Assembly: GCA_016839365.1 (NCBI GenBank)
Contig: JAEOUH010000039.1
Location: 4,136-28,135 of the forward strand
Direction: 5' to 3'
Length of the DNA: 24,000 bases
Source: Candidatus Hermodarchaeota archaeon
GTDB lineage: Archaea > Asgardarchaeota > Hermodarchaeia > Hermodarchaeales > Hermodarchaeaceae
In this document: positions 9,380 to 17,482 of the stretch, piece by piece
How positions within the stretch are numbered: the first letter of the stretch is position 1
Layout of the letters: the number at the start of each line of letters is the position of its first letter
Translations under genes and position numbers: made by a program
Notes under the pieces: model-generated
The model's input: only the letters and a program-made list of their open reading frames with translations
Told to the model about the DNA's origin: nothing
The model's database searches: none

Positions 9380-9974
9380 AACACCTACTGGAGAGCAAAC
9401 GACAGAAGAACGTATCCTGACAATGCTAATCCAATTGAAGGACACCTCTGAGCTTCTCATCAGCCTAGCTTATACTGCCTTGTTAACGAATAATAAAGAC
9501 ATAGCTGAAGACATCTTTGAATTAGAAGAAACCTTCGATGGCTTTCATACTGAATTTGAACTTGAAGTTTTACGTATGGAGCTCGAAGAAGGAGAAGAGA
9601 AACGCCGATTGGGTCTCATCAGGCTTGGCGTTGCTGCTGAAAACCTAGCAGATGCCGCCTCGCAAATGGCGGAAATTGTGCTTCGTGGCGTCGACGTCCA
9701 TCCTCTCATGCGTCTGGCATTGAAAGACGCTGAGGAAAGGGTTAGCCGTCAAGTTGTTGATGCTAACTCGATCCTTGCCCACAAAACCTTAGGACAGCTC
9801 CGATTGGAAGATCATGGTACTCGCATCTTTGCCGTGAAGCGCAAAGACCAGTGGACCTATGATCCACGAGGGCGATTCAAACTTCTTCCTGGCGACATCA
9901 TCTATGCTGGTGGGTATAAAGAAGCGGTCGAAAAACTTGAAGAAGTTGCTCAAGGGAAGGTCCAAGAACTGTAA
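9357..9974 (+). CDS. PhoU-like / TrkA_C-domain protein, copy 2 (overlaps copy 1)
   Basis: Same architecture as the upstream gene; C-terminal 'HGTRIFAVKRKDQWTYDPRGRFKLLPGDIIYAGGYKEAVEKLEEVA'. Confidence 0.8.
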   Translation: MSLKRLLKTPTGEQTTEERILTMLIQLKDTSELLISLAYTALLTNNKDIAEDIFELEETFDGFHTEFELEVLRMELEEGEEKRRLGLIRLGVAAENLADAASQMAEIVLRGVDVHPLMRLALKDAEERVSRQVVDANSILAHKTLGQLRLEDHGTRIFAVKRKDQWTYDPRGRFKLLPGDIIYAGGYKEAVEKLEEVAQGKVQEL

Positions 9975-10066
9975 CTGCTCTTTATTTTTCAAAGAACTTG
10001 ATGTGCTAAGCCAAAATGTACATATAGCGGACAAACTGTGATGCCTGAGTTGAGGCGAATTAAGTA

Positions 10067-10990
10067 ATGGTAGAGAAGCGTGATCTCATAATTGTTGGGT
10101 GCGGACCTGCCGGTATGACCGCAGGCTTATACGCAGCACGAATGGGCTTGAATGCAGTAATTTTAGAAACAGGAATTTGTGGTGGCCGAATGATGAATGC
10201 CTGGGAAATTGAAAATTACCCTGGCTTTGAGAAAATCAGTGGAGGCGATTTGACCATGAAAATGAAAGCCCAAGCTGAAAACGCAGGAGTAGAAATCCGT
10301 GAGATGACTGCGGCAGAGGAGTTCCGATTTTCGAAACCAACGAAAGTGGTGGTCACTGCAGATGGAGATGAATTTCACGCCCCAGCTGTGGTTTTGGCGA
10401 TGGGAGCCTGTGATGCGGAACTAGGGGTACCAGGTGAGACCGAATATCACGGACGCGGCATCAGTTATTGTGCCACCTGTGATGGCCCTCTGTATCGTGG
10501 AAAACGCGTGGTTGTCGTCGGCGGAGGGAATACTGCTGCAATGGATGCCCTCTTTTTAGCTAATATCGTTGAAAAAGTGTATGTAGTGCACCGCCGAAAT
10601 CAACTACGAGCAGAAAAAACCTATGCAGATCGGCTAAAGGCTATGTCTAATGTTGAAATCCTATGGGACACCATTCTGTTAGAAGTTTTAGGTGAAGAAG
10701 CGGTCACAGGTGTGAGATTGCGCAACAATAAAATTGACAAGGAATGGACCTTGGAATCCGATGGTGTGTTTATTGCCGTCGGTTGCACGCCTAACAGCTC
10801 GTTTTGTGAATCAGTAGGAGTGAATCTTGACGATGAAGGAAACATCATAGTTGATGCAAATCAGCAAACGAACATTAAGGGTGTCTATGCCGTAGGAGAT
10901 ATAACTGGTGAACCCCGACAGATTGTAAAAGCTTGTGGCGATGCAGTAAAAGCTGTTACCCATTGGCTTATGGTCAGACCCATCGAATAA
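10067..10990 (+). CDS. trxB: Thioredoxin reductase
   Basis: GCGPAGMTAGLYAARMG FAD-binding motif, CATCDG redox motif, GGGNTAAMDA NADPH motif, VYAVGDITGEPRQIVKACGDAVKA. Confidence 0.93.
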   Translation: MVEKRDLIIVGCGPAGMTAGLYAARMGLNAVILETGICGGRMMNAWEIENYPGFEKISGGDLTMKMKAQAENAGVEIREMTAAEEFRFSKPTKVVVTADGDEFHAPAVVLAMGACDAELGVPGETEYHGRGISYCATCDGPLYRGKRVVVVGGGNTAAMDALFLANIVEKVYVVHRRNQLRAEKTYADRLKAMSNVEILWDTILLEVLGEEAVTGVRLRNNKIDKEWTLESDGVFIAVGCTPNSSFCESVGVNLDDEGNIIVDANQQTNIKGVYAVGDITGEPRQIVKACGDAVKAVTHWLMVRPIE

Positions 10991-11064
10991 TTGTCGCTGA
11001 CCACAAGGTTTTAAGGTATATTTTGCCGTGAACGTCGGTACACGTGAATTTGGAGGACCATTGC

Positions 11065-12252
11065 TTGCGTAGGTTCACTAACACCTTGATTCTCGGGCTT
11101 ATTCTTATTGTATTGGCTAGCCCTTTGACTGCCTTGGCGGCGCCTTCTCGACAGGATGTTATCATTCCCTTCTCCGTGACTTGTTTAGATAGCTCTGGTG
11201 GTGCAGTCTTGCGACCAGGTGAGTCACTTCCCCAAATATCTCATACCTTTGCCATAGCCAACGTCTTTGACACCCTTGATGCCTGGATTGCGGCGGACCT
11301 CCTCACCCCAGATCGGGGTTTAATTGAAAACATGACAACTTGGGTCACTGGACTTTTCGTCGATGAAATCGCTTCGGATCCAAGCTATGGGGGATTCCGA
11401 CCCTATAATGGATTTCCGAACGCAACGCTCTCAGCAAGTGCCTTTGCAGCCCAAACCCTCGATCTCCTCAATCAAACAGATAGTATTGATTCCTCTATTC
11501 TCATTGATTTCACTATAAACCTACAGCACACCAATGCCACTTTGTATCCTGACACGATTGGTGGGTTCATGGATTGGGCTAACACCTCTGCTACAGTGTC
11601 TGCAACCTATTCTGCAATCCAAATCCTTAACGTGTACGACGCGATTTCACAAATGAACACCTCTTTAGCAATTGACTGGTTGAATTCCAGCCAACTCTTA
11701 ACAGATTCACTCTCTCCCAGCTATGGAGGGTTTGCTAACGGGCGAAACTCTACAACAGCAGACTTGCAGACAACTTATATGGCCTTGCGTAGCCTCGAAA
11801 TACTCGGAGCCCTATCAATAATCGATGAAGAAGCCGCGATTGATTACATTCTTCCCCATTATCGCGACGATGCAAATTATCCTCAACACCAAGGAGGCTT
11901 CAGTTATACGCCAGACAACCCCGTCGCTACCCATCTGGCAACTTTTTATGCAGTAGCTAGTTTACAAATCCTTGGCGCAGAGAGCCAGCTAGTTACAGAG
12001 GATATCACCGCATGGATACTCAGCAAACAGACTCTTGACGGCGGCTTTAATGATATCAGCGGAATCAATGGAACTGCCCCACAAACAAATTTCGCAGTTT
12101 CCACTCTAGCCTTACTTGACCAACTTGCCCTGCTTCATTTACCAGTGGGACCTGATCTCTTCGTCTTTCCATGGTGGATTGTCGCTGTTGTCGTAATTAT
12201 CGTTTTGATCGTATTGTGCATTATTATCGCTCGACGGGCTGAAATATTCTAG
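11065..12252 (+). CDS. Secreted, C-terminally membrane-anchored alpha/alpha-toroid (prenyltransferase/squalene-cyclase-like) repeat protein
   Basis: ORF is open from 11044. A better start is TTG 11065, 8 nt after 'ggagg' (11052-11056). N-terminal signal-like segment, five GGF-centred repeats, C-terminal hydrophobic helix WWIVAVVVIIVLIVLCIII followed by RR. Confidence 0.75.
   Translation: MRRFTNTLILGLILIVLASPLTALAAPSRQDVIIPFSVTCLDSSGGAVLRPGESLPQISHTFAIANVFDTLDAWIAADLLTPDRGLIENMTTWVTGLFVDEIASDPSYGGFRPYNGFPNATLSASAFAAQTLDLLNQTDSIDSSILIDFTINLQHTNATLYPDTIGGFMDWANTSATVSATYSAIQILNVYDAISQMNTSLAIDWLNSSQLLTDSLSPSYGGFANGRNSTTADLQTTYMALRSLEILGALSIIDEEAAIDYILPHYRDDANYPQHQGGFSYTPDNPVATHLATFYAVASLQILGAESQLVTEDITAWILSKQTLDGGFNDISGINGTAPQTNFAVSTLALLDQLALLHLPVGPDLFVFPWWIVAVVVIIVLIVLCIIIARRAEIF
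11389..12123 (+). repeat. Five protein-level repeats with GGF cores at about 49-57 aa spacing
   Basis: GGFRPYNG, GGFMDWAN, GGFANGRN, GGFSYTPD, GGFNDISG, each followed by a helix ending A-x2-(T/I/S)-L-x-(I/L)-L. Confidence 0.75.
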
Positions 12253-12349
12253 AGCCCGAGTGACTTGAAGAAAAAACCAGCTAATGGGTTGAGAGTGGAG
12301 GGAAGGTTTTTTAATCGCAAAATAGTGAGTGCTCTCCGAGGAGAAGAAA

Positions 12350-13729
12350 TTGAGTGCTTGGTCTATACTTACTGCTGTGCGTGAAAATCCCGAAATACTT
12401 CGAAGGTCTCAACGGCGTAGAGGGCTGGATCCTACCGTTGTTGATGAAGCCATCCAACTAGATGAAGCTTGGAGAAAAACGCGATCTGACCTTGCAGAGT
12501 TCCAACGCCAGCGAAATGAAGTGGCAAAAGAAATTGGGAAAACTAAAGACAAAACTAAACGAGAAGCCCTTATCAAAAAATCTAAACAACTCTCAAAGAA
12601 AGTCGAGGCAGGAGAGAAACAACTTGCTGATCTTGAGAAACAGCGGATGGACATGCTCTGGGGCATTGCCAACATTGTACATGATTCTGTTCCGGATGGC
12701 ATGGATGAAACCGCAGCGAAACCTATGAAATATGTTGGTAAGCCACGGGTTTGGACCAATCATGTAGACCAATTCCTTGCAGCGGCCCAGGGCTTAAAGA
12801 CTGAATACCAAGTTCTTGAAGATGTACCAAAAAGCCACTATGTTATCTCAGAGGAAATTGGTTTAATCGATACGACTCGTGCAGCCAAGGTTGCGGGATC
12901 TCGGTTCTACTATCTCATTGATGATATCGTCTGGCTCGATCTTGGATTGGCACTCTACGCTCTTGATAACATTACAAAACAGGGATTTACTCCCCTCATT
13001 CCCCCACATTTACTCAACCATGCAGCTTACAGCGGAGTCACAGATATCACTGCCTTTGAGGACTCATTATACAAGCTCGAAGATCAGGACCTCTATCTCA
13101 TTGCTACCTCCGAACACCCGATTGCCGCCCAGTATATGAACGAAGTTCTCGAAATCGACGAACTCCCCCTCAAATTCGCCGGCTATAGCCCATGCTACCG
13201 GAAAGAAGCTGGAGCTCACGGGAAGGACACGAAAGGAATATTCCGCGTCCACCAGTTCTCCAAGGTCGAAATGTTCGTGTTTTGTCTCCCTGACGATTCC
13301 TGGGATTGGATTGAAAAGATGATTGCCATCGAAGAGGAAATCTGGACACCGCTAGGCATACCCTTTCGTATCGTGATTTTACCTAGTGGAGACTTCAGCC
13401 GGGTAGCCTCGAAAACCTATGATTTGGAACTCTGGATGCCTTCTCAAGGGCGATATCGAGAATTTGTATCCTGCAGCAACTGTACTGATTACCAAGCATA
13501 TCGTCTCAACACCCGCTTCGCTGAAGCGCGTGGACACCCAACAAAGGGGTTCGTACACACCTTGAACTCAACTGTGATTGCGACCACCCGATCCATAACC
13601 GCTGTGTTGGAGAACAACCTCCAACCAGACGGACGCATTCTGATCCCGAAACCCCTTCAAGCCTATCTTAAGCCCATTGAAGCCGCTCCAGACAAATACA
13701 TCACACCAGCCCATATGAAAAGCAAATAA
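12350..13729 (+). CDS. serS: Seryl-tRNA synthetase (common class II type)
   Basis: N-terminal coiled coil, GIFRVHQFSKVEMF (motif 2), REFVSCSNCTDYQAYRLNTRF, TLNSTVIATTRSITAVLENN (motif 3). Start proposed at TTG 12350 after 'gaggag'; ORF is open from 12329. Confidence 0.93.
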   Translation: MSAWSILTAVRENPEILRRSQRRRGLDPTVVDEAIQLDEAWRKTRSDLAEFQRQRNEVAKEIGKTKDKTKREALIKKSKQLSKKVEAGEKQLADLEKQRMDMLWGIANIVHDSVPDGMDETAAKPMKYVGKPRVWTNHVDQFLAAAQGLKTEYQVLEDVPKSHYVISEEIGLIDTTRAAKVAGSRFYYLIDDIVWLDLGLALYALDNITKQGFTPLIPPHLLNHAAYSGVTDITAFEDSLYKLEDQDLYLIATSEHPIAAQYMNEVLEIDELPLKFAGYSPCYRKEAGAHGKDTKGIFRVHQFSKVEMFVFCLPDDSWDWIEKMIAIEEEIWTPLGIPFRIVILPSGDFSRVASKTYDLELWMPSQGRYREFVSCSNCTDYQAYRLNTRFAEARGHPTKGFVHTLNSTVIATTRSITAVLENNLQPDGRILIPKPLQAYLKPIEAAPDKYITPAHMKSK

Positions 13730-13877
13730 GCCAGCTAGTGGCATGATGTTTACCTTAAATTGGCATATCCGTTAGGATTAATGACCACTAAATATTAGAG
13801 GTAAACTCTGCATTCCCAGAAAACAATTATTAACACATAGAAGTATGTAGTTCTGTCCGTTGGGGTTGGTGACCTGC

Positions 13878-14723
13878 GTGCCTAGAGAATTAGTGATGCT
13901 CCGCATTGTTGACACCGGTGAAACAGTTCAAATCACCGATGCAGCTCCAGCGAAGACCCACTTGAAAGACGATGAAGTCCTCATTGTCATCGACGATGAG
14001 GAACGGCTAATTTGGATATGGAAAGGTAATGATGCCCCTGTCCGAAGAAAGTTCATTGCAGCCCGTCGTGCATCTGGCATCCGAGACCAGCGAGGTCTTG
14101 TTTATAAGATTCTATCTGAGGACCAAGGTCAAGAGGGAGCGAAATTCCTGGAGTGTATGGGATTACCACTCTCAACCAAGCCTGATGAGGCCATGAAAGC
14201 ACCACCTTCCGCCCCACCCATGCCGAGGCAAGCCACGGAGCCGGTAGCTGAACCACCAAAACCAACTCCAATCCAAGGAACGAAACCTGCGGACTATCGA
14301 GAAGCTGTGGTGACAGCGACTAGAACACCAGACCGTCAGACAGTACAGGTTCCGCATGTGCCATCTGAAATTATTGAACAGGTTGAAAAACTTGAACCAG
14401 TTCCAGGTTTTCGCCGAGAATTCGTGTTGATTGGGTTCGATGCCTTTGGCATCACCGAAGAAATTACCAGTGTCTTAGGTAAAACAACGAAAACACGAAA
14501 ATTACAGCGTATTGATTCGTTACCTGAAGGTACTGTCTTCGCCCAAGGATATACCCCACGGGTAGTGATTAAGGATGGACAAGTCTTGGCTATCGAATTC
14601 CTCAAACATCTAGAGGAAGAAGAATACGTGCACGAAAAAGAAGCTGTTAAGGAAGAGATGGCACGACAGATTACTGAACTAATTGAAGCATCTCGAAGTG
14701 AAAAGAGCCGTCAAAAATCATAG
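13878..14723 (+). CDS. Gelsolin-like-domain protein with a separate C-terminal domain
   Basis: AKTHLKDDEVLIVIDDEERLIWIWKGNDAPVRRKFIAARRASGIRDQRGLVYKILSEDQGQEGAKFLECMG follows the gelsolin repeat pattern (D-C-F-I-L-D...K-I-F-V-W-x-G-K-x-A...E-x-R-K-x-A...G-x-E...F). ORF is open from 13860; start proposed at GTG 13878. Confidence 0.6.
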   Translation: MPRELVMLRIVDTGETVQITDAAPAKTHLKDDEVLIVIDDEERLIWIWKGNDAPVRRKFIAARRASGIRDQRGLVYKILSEDQGQEGAKFLECMGLPLSTKPDEAMKAPPSAPPMPRQATEPVAEPPKPTPIQGTKPADYREAVVTATRTPDRQTVQVPHVPSEIIEQVEKLEPVPGFRREFVLIGFDAFGITEEITSVLGKTTKTRKLQRIDSLPEGTVFAQGYTPRVVIKDGQVLAIEFLKHLEEEEYVHEKEAVKEEMARQITELIEASRSEKSRQKS

Positions 14724-14740
14724 GATTACGAGGGGATAAA

Positions 14741-15136
14741 ATGCAACAGTTTGCGATGAGCGAAGAAGAAGCCAAACAACTAGCAATGTATCTGCGCGAA
14801 ATCACGTTGTATACAGAACTTGAAACACTGGCAGTGGTCACAAAAGCGGGTCGACGGGTAGCATTCAGCTCAACGAAGGGTGTTAACATTGATCCAGATT
14901 TATTATCAGCGATTTCTGCGGTCTTGCTACAGACAGGTATCGAAGCGGTGGAGAAACTAGCTTTCGAACCATTGTTTGAACTCATCGTTCGCGGGGAAAA
15001 GGGTATTATTGTGGTCACAGACGCTGGACCTTTAGTGCTCATTGGGGCAGGAGTCAAGATTGAATCATTGGGACATGTCGTATCTGTGTTCCGACACTTT
15101 GGGCGCGAAATCGCCTCGTTATTTTCCAAAAAGTGA
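14741..15136 (+). CDS. Roadblock/LC7-domain protein
   Basis: Single small domain: ELETLAVVTKAGRRVAFSS...LLSAISAVLLQTGIEAVEKLAFEPLFELIVRGEKGIIVVTDAGPLVLIGAG. 'agggg' upstream of ATG. Confidence 0.75.
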   Translation: MQQFAMSEEEAKQLAMYLREITLYTELETLAVVTKAGRRVAFSSTKGVNIDPDLLSAISAVLLQTGIEAVEKLAFEPLFELIVRGEKGIIVVTDAGPLVLIGAGVKIESLGHVVSVFRHFGREIASLFSKK

Positions 15137-15170
15137 GCCTTTTTTCAAGGACCAGCACTAAGTGTGAGAG

Positions 15171-15758
15171 ATGACACTATTCCAATTTCTCACCATTTGT
15201 GATAGCCTTAAGTGGATTCCCCGAACCGGTTGGCTGCTTCGAGGTGTCCCACTCTCGAGTGCAGAAAATGTTGCTGCGCATTCACACACCACAGCTTTGC
15301 TTGCCTATCTTTTCGCGCTCCAATCAGAAGAGCAAGTGGATATTCAACGGCTTCTTGTCATGGCATTAATTCACGATCTCCCTGAAGCAGAAATCGGTGA
15401 TATTCCGATGAGTGCTCAACGGGCAGATTCAGACTTTCGAAAAGCCAAGGAGAAGGCAGAGGATAACGCAATGCGAAACATCCTTGCCCATCTTCCACCC
15501 AAACTTCAAGCACTTCTACTAGATACGTGGAAAGATTATCAGAAGGGTGCTTCCCTTGAAGCGCGGCTTGTCGAAACCGCGGACCGTTTGGCTACCGCCC
15601 TACATGCAGCGCAGTTAGTTAAAACAGGTTTTCCAGCTAAAACCTTTCAACCATTTTTAGATCACGCTCAATTGACTGTGACAAAACTCCAAGTACCCCA
15701 GGCAATGGATTTCATCAAAGAGTTACAGCAGATATTTACCCCCAATTCCAAGAAATGA
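15171..15758 (+). CDS. HD-domain hydrolase (YfbR/HDDC2-like, possible 5'-nucleotidase)
   Basis: GWLLRGV...ENVAAHSHTTALLAYLFA, MALIHDLPEAEIGDIP and ETADRLATALHA fit the H...HD...D metal-binding pattern of this family. Confidence 0.85.
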   Translation: MTLFQFLTICDSLKWIPRTGWLLRGVPLSSAENVAAHSHTTALLAYLFALQSEEQVDIQRLLVMALIHDLPEAEIGDIPMSAQRADSDFRKAKEKAEDNAMRNILAHLPPKLQALLLDTWKDYQKGASLEARLVETADRLATALHAAQLVKTGFPAKTFQPFLDHAQLTVTKLQVPQAMDFIKELQQIFTPNSKK

Positions 15759-15817
15759 ACGGAAGCTTGAGAAAGAAACGTTTAAGACACGCATCAACCG
15801 AGAACCCGCAGGAGTAG

Positions 15818-17185
15818 ATGAAGATCACACTAAAACCAAAGTCACCGAACAAATCTAGCAACGGAATGCTCCAACGAACCCACTATTCCAATGAGCTCAA
15901 TCCGGAATTAGCGGGGGAGAATATTACAGTTGCTGGATGGGTGCAGCGTATTCGACGCTTAGGCAAGATTAGCTTTCTATTGGTTCGGGATCGAGAGGGA
16001 ATTGTACAGTGTACACTTCCCCATGCTAAAACAGCTCCTGAACTCCTTGAGATGCTGGACAAACTGGATAACGAATATGCCGTTGTGGTAAAAGGGAAAG
16101 TCAAGGCAGAGAAGCAAGCAAAACGAGGTATTGAGCTCATCCCTGAACAGATTCTATTAGTAAATTCTGCCCCTGCAACTCTGCCCTTAGATACATCAGG
16201 GAAGGTTGAAGCAGATATTGGCACACGATTCGATAATCGTGTCATGGATTTACGACGAATAGAAGCACAACAACTCTTCAAAATACAACATTTCACAGTT
16301 TCTCGAATGCGACACTTCCTCGAGGAGCACGGTTTTCGCGAAATTCACACACCAAAAATCGTTGCCACAGCCACAGAGGGTGGAGCTGACTTATTTGAAG
16401 TACAATACTTCGAACGGAAGGCGTTCTTGGCTCAGAGTCCCCAATTTTACAAGCAGCTCAGCCTTGTGGCAGGCTTCGACCGAGTCTATGAAGTTGCCCC
16501 AGTCTATCGCGCGGAGAAGCATAATACGCCGCGCCACCTGAATGAATACACGAGTTTCGATTATGAAATGGCCTGGATTCAAGACGAAGAAGAAGTAATG
16601 CGCCTTGAAGAGCATATGCTTGTAGATGCCTTCAAAGCTGTCAACAAAACCTGTGCAGAAGAACTCAAAGAACTCAATGCTGAGATCAAGGCACCCAGAA
16701 TTCCGATTAAGCGGATTGAGGTTCGAGAAGCCCTTGATATGTTGCGTGATGAGGGGTTTGAGCTTCCTCCAGATTCTGACATTCCCGCTGAAGGGGAAGA
16801 AAAGCTCTACCACCGCATGAAAAAAGAAACAGGCGAGGAGTTCTTCTTTCTGACCCGATACCCTACTGCCATTCGACCCTTCTATACAATGCCATTGGAA
16901 AGTGATCCAACGCTAACTCGTGGCTTCGATTTAATTTATCGGGGAATGGAAGTCACTACTGGAAGTCAACGGATTCACACATATGACCTGTTAGTCGAGA
17001 AACTTAAGGAAACAGGATTGAATCCCAAGACCTTCGCTTTCTATGTTGAGCCCTTTAAATTTGGAGCTCCACCTCATGGGGGGCTGGCAATTGGTGTGGA
17101 GAGGTTGACGATGCAAATGCTGGGTTACTCCAACATCCGTGAAGCAGTTCTTTTTCCACGGGACCGAACCCGACTTGTCCCCTAA
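15818..17185 (+). CDS. aspS: Aspartyl-tRNA synthetase, archaeal/eukaryotic type
   Basis: RTHYSNELNPELAGENITVAGWVQRIRRLGKISFLLVRDREGIVQ (OB domain), FLAQSPQFYKQ, YRAEKHNTPRHLNEYTSFDYEM, GGLAIGVERLTMQMLG. Translation may instead start at MLQRTHY (ATG 15866). Confidence 0.92.
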   Translation: MKITLKPKSPNKSSNGMLQRTHYSNELNPELAGENITVAGWVQRIRRLGKISFLLVRDREGIVQCTLPHAKTAPELLEMLDKLDNEYAVVVKGKVKAEKQAKRGIELIPEQILLVNSAPATLPLDTSGKVEADIGTRFDNRVMDLRRIEAQQLFKIQHFTVSRMRHFLEEHGFREIHTPKIVATATEGGADLFEVQYFERKAFLAQSPQFYKQLSLVAGFDRVYEVAPVYRAEKHNTPRHLNEYTSFDYEMAWIQDEEEVMRLEEHMLVDAFKAVNKTCAEELKELNAEIKAPRIPIKRIEVREALDMLRDEGFELPPDSDIPAEGEEKLYHRMKKETGEEFFFLTRYPTAIRPFYTMPLESDPTLTRGFDLIYRGMEVTTGSQRIHTYDLLVEKLKETGLNPKTFAFYVEPFKFGAPPHGGLAIGVERLTMQMLGYSNIREAVLFPRDRTRLVP

Positions 17186-17238
17186 TGGTGTCTTGATACA
17201 GGTAAATTCAAGAGGATAACAGCATACAGGATAGATGG

Positions 17239-17448
17239 GTGTATTCGATGTCAAAACCAAGTGACCAAATGAGTGCCTATTTTCAAAAGAAGGGTGAAAA
17301 CCTCGAAGAGCTAGCGGATCACCATGCAGCGATTGGTGAAGTACCCCAGGCCAAAGAGCTCTATGCTCAAGCTCGTTCGATGTTTGAACGATTAGGCAAT
17401 GAGGAACTAATTTCTCGCATTGACGGAAAAGTAGGGAAGCTCAAGTAG
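17239..17448 (+). CDS. Small TPR/MIT-like helical hairpin protein
   Basis: LEELADHHAAIGEVPQAKELYAQARSMFERLGNEELISRIDGKVGKL: one to two TPR-like helices. Probable start is ATG 17248. Confidence 0.55.
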   Translation: MYSMSKPSDQMSAYFQKKGENLEELADHHAAIGEVPQAKELYAQARSMFERLGNEELISRIDGKVGKLK

Positions 17449-17482
17449 TTCAGCGGAGTGGTTTTTCAGCGTCGTTTTCACT

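Noticed and set aside
14671-15129. 152-aa minus-strand ORF over the Roadblock gene
   Set aside because: The plus-strand frame has a clear Roadblock/LC7 pattern and ribosome-binding sequence; the opposite frame has no domain pattern.
15883-17260. Several antisense ORFs within the AspRS gene (15883..16296, 16391..16813, 16991..17260)
   Set aside because: Entirely opposite a strongly supported aspS gene; composition is that of reverse-frame shadow ORFs.
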